Positions 28,501 through 41,832 of a DNA stretch of 64,000 nucleotides are shown piece by piece. The notes below the pieces were generated by a model. The model was given only the letters and a program-made list of their open reading frames with translations, searched no databases and was not told where the DNA came from. Position numbers and translations under genes: made by a program. Source of the stretch: Dimorphilus gyrociliatus (taxonomy: Eukaryota; Animalia; Annelida). The stretch lies in the NCBI GenBank assembly GCA_904063045.1, contig CAJFCJ010000028.1:560192-624191 (forward strand), written 5' to 3'. Position 1 is the first letter of the stretch. Each line of letters starts with the position of its first letter.

Positions 28501-30947
28501 ATTAAAACGTTAAGTAATTTACATGTAAATATATGCACAATAGATTAACCATTTCATAAATACTAATATATGCAAATGAGTACAATAAAACCAAGCTATG
28601 ATTAACAAATCTAGTAATATAAATAGAGAGAGAAAGAGCTATGGTTGTGAGAGAAGGGAGAATTGCTTTATTTTAAGAAAAGTAAGATGATATTCCTATT
28701 GTTCTTGACAGATGAAATGTAAGATAAATCTATGTTGGAATTATCTAATCCTAGTTGTCTAATAATAACATGTAGTTACATATAAGGTTTCCTAAAGAAC
28801 ACTAGTATTTATATCGGATTAATAACAAAACACATAGTGAAGGTAGCTGTTGTTCTATACTATCTTAACAATAAAACTAATAGCCAAAATTACAGAAGAT
28901 TCTTCACCAGTAGAATCACATTTATATGCTGAAATCTCTATTTGGTAACAATATTGCAAATTCTTAACAATAGATATGACCTTATTATTATTACATGAGG
29001 AAAAATTACGGTTTATGACAAACTACGAAACATACGCTTATTTTATATTATACAGTATATAAGTACTTTAATAATTTTCTAGGATTCCTAGAAGTAAACT
29101 CAAGTTATATTATATAGTCCTTTAAACACGATGTTTCATTTTTTGCACTAGCGTTTAATGTGACGCCTTATTAATCAACCTATAAAATCGTCAATACAGT
29201 CAGACAACAGAACCTAATTAAGTAAAGACGGTCAATTTTTATTCTTTCTTCCTTTCGTGATAATTAGATTATTGATACAAACAAGGATTTCAGATACATT
29301 TTTAGGTCAATTTCTAGACTATCGGGATCATCTGCAGGCCTAATAGTGGGTAGTTTATTCGCTCAAATAGCCGAAATGATTGGATAGTTTATTCCTGCGT
29401 AAGTTAGACACTTATGAACAAGCTTTCAATCTCAAATACTTTCTGCTAATAAGGAATATAGGATATTTATATCTGGATATGCAAATATATACGTTTACGT
29501 ATATACAATATATATATATATTCCATGTATAAAAAAGAGAAAGCATCAACTATAAATTATCTAATAAAGGACATGAAGAGCGATTTTCTTCATGTTGTAG
29601 TGCATTGTGCATATATATGATTATTTGTATATATAAATATATATACATGTATTTATGTGTGTGTAGACATACGCCCCTAGTAATGTATGTTAATACCTTA
29701 ATATTCATTCCTAAAGTTCTCTTTGTAAAAAATAAATCTCAAAGGATTATGAAATTGAGAGATGTACACAAAGAATAACATTTAAAAAAGCATACATTTC
29801 AATGTTGAATGTTAGGCAATAAATTCTCATCTGCTAATATAAAAACAAAATTTAGAGAATAGGCTATGAAAAACAACGCAAACGTATACATTTTATAATC
29901 CTTCCTTAAAAATTCTATGACTATCTTCCATTGGATAAAGGAAACTGGTAGAGATCAGATAAAGTGTTTTTATCTTTTCGCCTAATACCTTTTTTTCTTT
30001 TTTGTTATATTTCCGGTTACTTTTTATGCCAAGTAGATTTATCTAGAGTTTTTTAATAATTTTTATCTTTCAATTTGTATCCAATTCACAGAAGGAAAAA
30101 AAGGAGAAATTTTGTATTTAAATCCTTTTTTTATAGTCTAATAGAGATAAATGAACAAGAAAGATAGAGAGATATTTAATCCTTAAAACAATTTAAAAAT
30201 GTCGAAAAGGTGATTGAACGTTAACATGAAAAAATTTTCTAACAGATTTCTTCTAGGAATGGTAGGATTAAAAAGTTATACACATTGTACGATTACTCTA
30301 TCCATTTCGACTTTACAGTCGATTAATTCAGCGATTTATATAGCAGTATATATCCCTTTAACTATTGATAGCTTGTAAAACTGTTACAGATTAGAATGAT
30401 GATATTAAATAAATAAATAGATCTATCCATATACTGTATTTATATGCTGTATACATTTCTTCTGGAAATGATAGGAAATATACAGTACCATATATATTTA
30501 TAAATTAACCCGTTATGTTAATAGTTAAAATATGTAATGTTAACGATAAACTTATACAAATACAGTATATGAATAGTCTGTAGAAAGGAAAATAATATTT
30601 CTCGTCGAAATATTAATCATCATATGTTTTCCTTTCCTATAGTTGTATAACTTTTTATGCCTCGTCCAACTATCTTTACCTTTTCTTTACTCATTTCTGT
30701 AGACAATCGTAAAGGGAAAAGAAGCCGACATAAATCGAGTGACGTAAGAGATACAAATTCTCAAAGATAGCAAGAAAAAGAGTAGATAAAAGGGCAAGAG
30801 GGAAAAAAAGGAATAATACTATTTATAAAGATTCTTTATAAATGTTTTTTTTATTGACTTCCGGTTTATCTGCTCTTTGTCAGCTCATACAGACACAAAA
30901 AAATTAACTTCTTACAGAAGAATAAAAATGAAAAGAGGTAGATAGAT

Positions 30948-30989
<42 letters not shown>

Positions 30990-33900
30990 AAAGAGTAATT
31001 TTACTACTATAAGAAATTAATGAACAAAATATATTAATAGTTCAGAATTTACTACTCGCTTGCGTAGCATTAAAGTAAATTGGTCAATTTGAAAAACATG
31101 AATTTTTAAAAAAACAATGCTACTGTCTATAATCAGTTCGCTATGTTTCAGGTAACCAACAGCCTATAAAAAAAACACTATTCTATATTAAAAACTTCGC
31201 TTTTTCTCTATTTCTCCTTTCATCACTACATTTACATTTCCATAGAAAATTCCTAGAATGTAGAAACGTGGACTATTTATTTTACATTTATAATTTAGTT
31301 GGTTTGGAGCTCAACTCCTTTTAATATTTTCATTCTCACTCCTATTTGTATAATAAAACCAATAGCTAATTAAAATTGAATATAAACAAACGGTAACTTG
31401 TTTCAATCCCGTGAAATTCATATATTATAGATTAGACGCTTTTTCAAAGCGTTAGTGATCATTTTTTTTCTCATTCTGCTCTGAATAAAACCCTCTCAAA
31501 ACCGATTGAAAAAAAGCGGAAGAAACTGAATATGCAGCATTTTCGTTAACTAATTCGTTAATTTATTTTATAAGGGAAAAAGTAATTAATTTTTATAGTT
31601 TTCCTATCAGTATTGACTTTTAAAAAGGACGCTTTGTGATTTATATTAATTCCACCCACTGTTTTTTAAATATTCATGCTAAAATTTGTATCTATTTATA
31701 AACATCTTTCATTGTTCTCTCCTAAAGCCAACTTCACCCCCTCTCACTATCGACCTCTTACTTCTATATCTTTTTTTTTTATAATTAATTAAGCTACTAA
31801 AAGTTTTCCTCTACGTCGTCCTTTTTTCTTCTTCGCTTTATAATGTGTGTATAATATACAAGGTATATTCACTCTCTATAGAATTATATAAGATAAATAT
31901 ATCAGAAAAATAGGGCAGAAAGGAGAGAGAGGAGAGACAAACAGTTTTAAAGGAAAAAAAGAAAGGTTTAAAGTTTTTGAACAATTTCCTCAGTTCTTTG
32001 GTTAAATAGTTTTTTCTCTCTCTAAACTGGATAAATTCCGTTATAAATTGATTTTTTTTTCTTTTGTGACTAATCCATATGTACGCTGAATATAGGCCGC
32101 GTGATTTTCTCATTGAACCTTGCGTGGAAGTAAATTATTTCGTAAATATCGTTGGCGTACAAGATATAATCTAGATAATGTAACAATGTCTTTCTTAACT
32201 AGAAAGAAGCTTAAACAAGAGGAGAGCAATCTCTTATAAGTAAAACAAACGTACAACATATCCAAATGAATTTTCTTTAATCTCCTCTCTTTTCGGCTAA
32301 ATATAACTATATTAATATATGGAGAGAAAGTAAATTATTATCAAAGGTTTTGTATATATTAATTAACGAATGTTTGTTTAAAATAATATTTTCCTTTGGA
32401 CATAAAAACCTCTTTTATAGAGCAATCTATATGAACAAAAACTAGCAAAATATGATGTGAAGATAACAGTACTGTTTATAATGTTTGTATAATCAAAAAT
32501 ATACAATATACAATGCATACAATGCATATAGTGTGTTGTAAAATGTATACTATATTTATAATACTTTTTATTAGTATTGCTTGATATATTTTTGTTCTTT
32601 AATAAAGCAAAAAAACGATTCTTGTTTTTTATTCCTCTTTACACTCCCTCTTCATCTCTATTTAAATGATACAATATTATACAATTCACGTTCTCGCCCT
32701 TTTATATATGAAAAAGCATTATACAATCATAGAGCTTTCTTTTCAATAGGCATTGTCGTTATAATCTAACGCTAAACCTTAATATTTTATTTACATGGAA
32801 AGAAGCAGGGGGGACAATAGAGACAGATAAAAAGACAAAGAAAAGGTGAGAAGTGTATAGACATGTTACTTTTCTTTGATGCTCTTTAAAAACATTATTG
32901 CAATGGAGCTGAACATCGTTTCCACTTTTGCCGTTCCATAATATAACTTTCCTCATTTTCTACCCAATAACTCTGTACGATAAACGAATAAAAAGTTGAT
33001 AAATAATCAATCATAATCACTTAAGCGAGTTATGAAATTTTGAGTGATAGTGATAAGAACAAGAAATAGTCGCTGTCTAGACGAAAGACAAAGCACTATA
33101 ATCTTATCTTATGTTAATGTCGTGCACAGGAAAGTAAATACCTTTTTGGTTTATTAATGAATTTATAATTATTTACTAGATATATTATTCCAGTTAAAAC
33201 ATTGAAAACAAGGGATTCGGATTATCACTAGTCATCTTTTAGTTAATCATAATTACTTTAACAGACAATGACTGCTGTCTATAATCATCATAGTTTCATT
33301 TTTCTTTTCTTCATTTGCATCTTCTTCTTCCTCTCTTATTCATCTCAACTTAATTTTATTAGTCTACAGTAAATTTTATATCGAGGACGTCAATTAAAGG
33401 ATATTTTTTCCCTTGCGATAGTAGGCTTCGATGACGATGAATTTAGTCACGTGATGTGCATTTTAGAAGTTACTTTTCTTAACTACTTGCTTGTCGAACC
33501 AAAAAAAATATAAACATTTGCAATTTTTTAACAGAAAACATTCATGGATAATAGAGGAGGTTATTGTTTTCTTGTTTAATAGAGTATAAACTACAAGTAG
33601 CAAACAAATGAATAACTTATTAGTTAAAGAGTGAAAAAAGATTGGAGAGAGGGGTGATTAAGAAGTTTAGATGATAGACTTACGTTTCATTCATATTTGA
33701 TTATTTTCACTTACAAGTATGTCAAGCTCAAAATAAAAAAAAATTATGGATATTTATGAATATTCATAAATTATTCCCAAGAAAACCAGATTGACAATAT
33801 ACAATAAAGGTATTTCTTTTAAAATGTTTTAACTACTATTATCGTCTAATATATAACTCTTGACATTTTATTCTATCAATCGTAATTATAACTTTAAGGG

Positions 33901-36900
33901 TAAAAAGTTTCCATATAATAATAAAATATCTTTTAGTCTCAGATAAATTTTTCAGGCATATACATCTATATATTTTACAAATAAAATTTGTCGATTCTCA
34001 GATGTATAGGACTATACTGAAACGCTTAGTTTAGAAAATACTGCAAATCGCTTCCAATAATATATATATATATATGCAGTATATACTGTATATAGAAAGA
34101 GAAATCTGATTGAAATATCCGGAAAGAAAGAAATGAGAGCTGAAGGAGCTGGGTTATCTGATAATATAAACGAAAAATTATTAACAAAAGAGGAGAAAGA
34201 GAAGGAGAGTGCGTAAGAATGAGAGAGAAATAAAAAACGAGAGATAGAGAGAGAGAGAGGGGGAGGAAAGAAACCAGATAGGGTAAAAATATACTGAAAG
34301 ACGCAAATAATTGTTAAAGATTTTATAGTTTATTTTTTTGGCACCATTCTATGATGAATTTGTTATTTTCACTCTATCTAACCTCGCTGATTTAAGTCGA
34401 TTCATGTAGAAGTATGTATAACATTCAAAGAGACTTTTTTTTATATTATAGAATTAAATAGCCCTAAGGAATCAATATGGCTGATCAGTACACTTTATGA
34501 TCTATTTTATTAAGACGGTTCGGTTTCATTTGCTTTATCGAATAATTTCAGTAATGAAGTTTGTCCCAAATAGGTTAGTATCATCTCCATAATTTGTATG
34601 CAACGAATACGAAAGCAAGCAGTTTTGTATTTTTACAACCATCTCTCTTTTTTATTTCTTTATTATCTGCAAACCATGAAGGTTTTTTCTCGCAAACGCT
34701 ATTCTAGAGTAATATATAACGTATATATATATATTAGTATATACAATGTATGCAATATAAACTAGGCTTAAAGCAGCAATATTTGCTATGGTAGACACTA
34801 CAACATATACGTATATATTTTAGTAAAGGTAAATATGTTAGTTCAGATTGTTTTTAAAAAACCCACAAAAGAAAAGACAGTAAGTATACAATAAATTATC
34901 GATAACGGATTGTCTGTATCCCTTACCCCTTTCTAACCACCCTCTAGGCAAATGGTAATTCTTCCTAATCAATTAATTCCTCCACGGATGGCAAATTTTT
35001 TAAATAAAAACGATCTTAAACCGATCAAGCAGCTATTCATTTTGTTTGTTTCTTAAAGTTTGTTTTTTAAATAAATCTATTTATATCAATTATTTATTCC
35101 ATTTATAGAAGTAAAGAAAAAGCAATTCTCTCTTTTTTGTTATTGATATCTAAATAGTCTGTTTCGTTTTCTTGTTTTTTTGTTTGTTCTTTTATTCATT
35201 TTCAAGATCACCGTCTCCCACTCTTCGTCGTTCTCCTCCTCCTCCTCTTTCCTTTTTCTTCTGTGTTATAAATTCTAGTTCTTACTATTATATTTATGTA
35301 TTGTGTTTCTTTTAGTATAATATAATATTTATACAACTATTAATTTTCTTCATTGGCATTTTATGTATTAAATGAATATTCGTCAAAGTATCTCGTAACA
35401 TTAAAATAGTTGAATAGCTATTAATTATTGTTCTTCTAGTTTTTACTTGTTTTAAATTTACATCTTTTCTCTTTAAATCCTCAATATTTCGCCTTTTTGT
35501 TTATAATAAGACATTAACAACTAATATAGAAAACATTCACACTTAATATTATCATATTTATCAAATTTACCGCATTAATATCATTACTATCGCAGTGTTA
35601 TGGGACATTTATAGCAATATTTTTTTCTTTTCTTATGAATAATTCATAATCTTTTCTGATGTTAACCTAAAAAGAAATTCTACTATCTATTGTAAATTAT
35701 TGAATGAAATGACAAGCTATACTAACAATCATTACATTATAGTTACATAATAATAATTATTATTAATTCATTAGTTTAATTGCTATCAAAAACACTTATT
35801 TAAACTAGTTTACCTAGAAAAGATGCTCTATTAGATAATTGAGAATAGTTTTCAACTTGATCAATGGCTGTGTAGGTGTCACTAAATCTAAAATTGATCG
35901 TTTACCTTGTTCTATGTTCGATATTTTCTTTTATTAAGGTTTCTTTTTTTTATTAGAGGTCGAAGAATTTTTTCTAACAAACTATATGAAAGCGTCTTGC
36001 AACTAGAATACAATATTCATTAAGTGCTATTTATGATTTTATAAGATTTCCTGAAAAGCTGTTCATAGAATATCTGAGCAACTTGTCCTTCTGGTATTAT
36101 GCTAAGGTCACTTTTTTCTCATATGACAAAGAACTCTCCACTAGACATCCTCGTTCCTAATATTTACTATTATTATCATATTATGATTGATAAAAACTTA
36201 ATTAATTGCACAACTGAAATTTAGTATCACAAAAATAAAAGATACGATACGTCTGAAACATTGTAATAGATATATACAGGCGAGATAGGGAGGGAGCGTA
36301 AGATGGTTAGATAGGTGTACAGGTAGATTGATAGAGAGAGGGAGAGAGAGAGTAGAAGAGAACAGAAGAAAAATATATTGTCTGATATAAGGAGGAAAAT
36401 TTGCATCTAGTCACGTTCCAATATCACGGAAGAGGGATGTAAAGCTACCGAATTCTTTAAGGTTACCATCGTCCATTCCTCCCACTGTTTTATCTATTTT
36501 TATCCTCACTATCCCCTTCCTACTATTAATTTACATTTCCCCTCGCTTAGAAATATATACGGCTCAAAGAATTCTTAAAGGCTGTTAGAGGAAAATATTT
36601 TTTAATAATTGAAAAAAAGAAAATCAAAATTTTTCTAAAGCAAATCATTAATTATTCAGTTATTTTTCTCGAAAATAGAGCGATAATTTGATAAAAATGG
36701 CTTAACATTAAACATATGTCGGAAAAGAAAAGAGTTGTTATATTCAAACAGACACAAAGTCAAATAATAAATGGAACTTTTGCTTCAAGAAAACTGATTA
36801 ATGTTTCTTTTCCTTTATTACAATCTGAATTTTTGAGGGGGAGAGAGGTAGGGGGAAGCGGAGGAAGATTGATAAATAATTAAGAGAAATAAAGGAAAAG

Positions 36901-38853
36901 TAGAATGAAAATTAAATTAGAGACTAATTAATATCTATTATACCTAATACAATGAATTTGAAGAAGATGGCAAATTGTTCACAAGCTATATACTTTAATT
37001 AAGGAGCTAATAAACTCTCATGTGCATTTACTGTTAACACTCATATACCTTAGTACATTAACCTTTTATCGCGTAACGTTAAGAGCAGCTTTTCTCCTCT
37101 TTCCCTGCCTCACAAACTCTGATAGCCGTCGTCAAACGTAGGTCTTCTGTTCAACATTGAGAAGGGCTATAAAGAGGTTCGCAAGGTTAACTGTTAATTT
37201 AGATAAATGGTTTCAAAATGAAAACAATACGTCTAATGCGTTTATGATATAGACATAAACTGTATTATTATATACAGCGTAGCACACTTAAGAACGAATC
37301 TGTTTGTAAACGAGTACATAAACTGTATTTGAAATATAGAGCACAGTCTATCTGTGTTATATTATGCTATATATTGTACAAACATCTCTTAGCGATGAAG
37401 AGTTGATGCACAAAATTGTCACTTGAGATATTGTTCAGAAAGGGAAGAGACGATAAAGAAAAAAATGAATACGAATAAATATCGTATAAGTAGCAGTCAT
37501 ATATGATAGAAATAGATTAAATATCTATAAATTTATATATACAAAACAAATATAATACATACATTTATCGACTAGTAATATTTAGAGATGTATAAATCTG
37601 CTTGTAAACCTAATTTTAAAAAAGAAAAGATATGAACTATAATTTAGAAAGACTAAAGCAGCTTTTATTTTTTTCTAAAAGGAAGATATCGTGATACTTT
37701 ATAAATGAATAAGGGAAAAACAGTTTCCAAACGATGTTGATAATTGTTCATTTTCTTTTCTTTTACATAAGTTAAAGTTAATAATTTACATATAGCATGT
37801 ATTAGTAGTATTAATAAAGATTTTACTCTTCAAACTCCTTGTTATCATACAACTACAAGTATAATATGGTAAATTTTCTGAAAGTTCGGTGAGTAAAAGC
37901 TTTTTAGAAGGGTTAATTTTATCATATCCCCCTTTTTTGATCCTTCATATTAATCCTTATATTATTTAAATATAATTTGTCTGCTTTTTTATACGTCCCA
38001 AGGCTAGAGTAAAAATTCTATCGATTATAAGCAGGGTTGACAACTCATTCATTACGCAATTCATCTTTATAAGATTTATTTAAGACCTAAACCGCAATTT
38101 GTAAAATTATTTATAAAGTATATATGTTTCTAGGTGATGCACTGCATATTTACTTATAATTTCAGTATGTATTATATGCTTGTTAACAGTTATCTATCAT
38201 AAATACGTTTTATATATCTATAGCTCTATTTTTTCATTAAAAGACGATGATTACACATTGTGATAATTTTATAATACTGTTCAAATATCAACATTCTATT
38301 TTATCATAGATATTATAAATAATATAGAAATAATGATAAAATTTCTAATTATTCTCCAGATTCTCTATCCTTGATAGATAGATATACAAAGTATAAATTT
38401 TTCATAAATCTAGTTAAGTTAATATTGATAAGCCAAACAAATATAAAAAGGTCATAGTTGAATATTTTTCCCTTTGCTAAGTAATCTTTGATAAGATTAT
38501 TCGTGGGTGAATATAGGCTACAAAAACTTTCAAAACCTTCATATAAATATTGCAATGAAAAAGCTATTTGATTGGGATGATAATACAATTATAGAATGTG
38601 AAAACAGAAATGGACTGAGGGAGGAGAGATAAAAGAGTGCAATCCATTGTATACAACTTCTTTATGTTTCATTTTCTTGTCATATACTAAAACAATTAAA
38701 TAAGAAAAACTTTGCTTACTTTCTAAGGCATTCTATATTATGTTATTAAAAATCAATTTGCTCTATTACTTTAATCTAAATATTCCGCAAGAATGAATAT
38801 GAAATTTTAAAAAAATTTCTCTCCTTCCCCCTCCTGCTCTCTTTCCCTTCCTG

Positions 38854-38884
<31 letters not shown>

Positions 38885-39965
38885 GCTTTTCTCTATTATC
38901 CCCTCTTCGCCTGTATTTCTAAAAGAAACGCATAGAACGTTTCTTCTTCCTAATTTATAATCTAATGATTCTGTTATACAATGTAATACTAATTAATTAA
39001 AAATATAAATTACCTATATCTCTTGGAACATTTATTTAACAAGATTGTTAGGAGAGAAATATGAAAGCCTTCCAAGATTTTGTATGAATCATATATCATA
39101 TTTTTTTCTAACTACAAGCACATAGAAGAAACAGTACTTTGTTTTCTTCAGGTGCCAAGTTAATGAAAAAAACTATATACAATAGTTGAAAGCTTTTTAT
39201 TGCTAGTTCTAGTTAAAGTTTCTATACATATTTGAAAATGCAAGTACAAGATATATCATTCGTTTATTCTTACTTACGCACACCAAATACGAACAAAAAA
39301 TCAAGTAAACTGCACTGTAGCAGTAGGTTGTTAACCCCACTCATCAGTCAGTCGGTATTTCGAGGAAGAAAGACAAATAAACGACTTAGAGGATCCACTA
39401 TGAAGTAAATAGTGACAATGCTTTGAATTCGAAATCCCCTTTAGATCATTATTTAACCTTCGTGATTGGGATACGGTTTGTATATAATCTAATCTAAAGA
39501 AGTATTGTCCATTTCCTATTGAATGTAAAAAGAAAAACAAAAGTATAGGCCTAACAATAAGTAAAATGCCAGAGAAAAGTTTTATTATGTAAAGAAAAAG
39601 GGAAGAGTATAGGATCCCATAGATGGCTCTCCAGATCAATTTTGTTTTATTTGTTATAGCTTTCTTCCGTGTCATTTCCTACCTTTTCGTTAAAAACACT
39701 ATTGAAAAGGATAAAAATTAGATTCTTATCAAATGTATACATTGCATACGCTCTAACAAAATATAAGGTTATAAAATATACTTTATAAACATATATATAT
39801 ATATATATATATATAAATTTATATATATGCTTTATTTATACTGTATATAAATAACTGTAAATTATAAAAAATAAAACAGATTTACACCAATTTCATATTA
39901 AATACATCACATGCTATATTTCTTCTCTTTTTCGCAGCTAAGAGAAGGGGATCAAGAACAAGATT

Positions 39966-41832
39966 ATGTCGACCTCTTTCCCATTTACGACAAGACATAC
40001 TCCCTTAAACAACACGGATGGTGACATAAAGTTTTACGAAACCGTCCAGTGGATGATTGGTCTTTTCTTCACTCCAATCACCTGCATACCGGGAGTTGTT
40101 GGAAATGCCGCCATTATCATCATCTTCACGCAAAAGAATATGAGATCATCAACTAATGTTTACCTTATGGCATTAGCCGTATCAGATTTCTTAAAAGTAT
40201 TCAACGATTTTCTCTACTTCCTGGTAGTATTATTTAAAGAAATTGACGATGATCTCCACCATTTAGCCTATGTTCATATGTATCCATACGCTCATTTTAT
40301 ATTTGGATATTCCACTTGCGTTTCAGCCTTGTTGACAGTCAGTGTGGCAGTTGAAAGATATATTCTTGTTTGCCATCCCACACGGTCAAAGACGTGGACA
40401 TCGATAAAGAAGGCCAAAATTTTTTCAGCAAGCATCTATATTATCGTTGTCTTGCTCAACATACCGCACATGCTAAGGTAAAATAATGAAATCTAGTCTT
40501 TTTAATTAATCTCATTACAACATCATTATAACAAAAACAAAAAAAGTATAACATAAGAGAAATTCTAAATTTATTTCCAATTAAAAAGTTAATGCTTGAC
40601 CGAAAAAGCGAATAGAATTTCCCCTAAGAATCTCAACCGGAAGTGGTAGTTATTTTAGCGGGGGATGACAGTGTTAAAAGCAATCGTAAACCTTAGGGAA
40701 TTAAGAAATCATCTAAAAGAAGAAAAAGAGTATATAATTATTCCTTCCATGTTCCATACATTGGAAATTAATCTAACAATTTATTAATAATTTTCATAAT
40801 AAATATTTTAAACAAAGTCAAAAGAATTGTATGAAAAGAGACATTAGTATCTAGCACTATGATAGTTTTTATTTCCCTTGCGAAACAAAACGTCTCGTAT
40901 TCCATTAAAAAGAGAGAGAGAGAGAGAGGTTATAATCGTCACCTTGAAGATATAAAAATTATTAAAAATGTTCAGTTAGGGCTTAGTCTACCAAATGGAA
41001 AGAAAAAAAAGATCAATTTTCTCTTGCTTTTATATTCCGTAATATGAAATATTAAAGTAAAAATTTGCTTTCTTTCTCTCCTCTCTTCCTTTTACCTTTT
41101 ATGCGAAAATTGCATATTTTTTAGTTGAACCTTTCGCTCTTCTAATTCGATCCATGTGCACTTCATTCATATATCATTCCTTCAAGTTTACATATTATAT
41201 ATGACTCTATATTTCGTTGTTTTTACCTTCTTAGATATGAAAAAAGTGTCCAATTTAAAGTACTAAATGGTCGAAATGTTAGTGAGCCATCTGTAAAAGT
41301 GACTGAATTATGGGAGAATAAAAAATTCGTAACGGCTATCAATTGGATTCAAAACCTTATCCGATCTATAATTCCTGTCTTCATTCTTATTGTTATGAAC
41401 TTTTTTATTATAAGAGCTCTTCGGAAAACAAGAGCAAATAAGAAATTGGCGTCCAGGAACAGAATAACTACAATGCTTATCATTGTTATTATATTTTTCC
41501 TATTATTCATATGTCCTGATGCTATTATGTCGTTCTTCACTGGCTACACAGAAGAACCAGCAAGAGTCAGAGCCGTCAGAGAGATTACAGATTATTTGTT
41601 ATGTGTTAATTCAGCTATTAACTTTTTCCTATACATTATTTTTAACAAACTATTTAGAGATGCTTTTCTCGATATGTTCTGTACAAGATGCTTAAAAAGG
41701 TGGAGGAGAACAGAGAGTAGAAGAGACGAACGGGAAAAGGAGTACCGGAAATTGGCTGATGGGAGTCCAAGACATCGTAGTAATATTAATGGAGTTGTCG
41801 ATGGTAGCCGAACGGAAACGACAACAATTTAG
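39966..41832 (+). CDS. Class A (rhodopsin-like) neuropeptide GPCR, FMRFamide/sex-peptide-receptor-like group (369 aa)
   Basis: join(39966-40477, 41235-41832) = 1110 nt. Seven TM segments with GN (TM1), STNVYLMALAVSD (TM2), VAVERYILVCHP (TM3), LLNIP (TM4), LFICPD (TM6) and NSAINFFLY (TM7; the NFxxY variant is typical of this group). A splice acceptor (ttttcgcag, ~39937) just upstream implies 5'UTR exons. Confidence 0.9.

Noticed and set aside
13000-39000. Numerous 60-100 aa F/L/I/Y-rich ORFs in the ORF track
   Set aside because: They are artefacts of AT-rich and microsatellite sequence.
39316-39337. let-7-like AGTAGGTTGT
   Set aside because: The seed region is mismatched and there is no hairpin.
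39331-39675. 114-aa hydrophobic minus-strand ORF
   Set aside because: No recognisable motif, the composition is explained by A-rich plus-strand sequence, and it overlaps probable GPCR 5'UTR exons.
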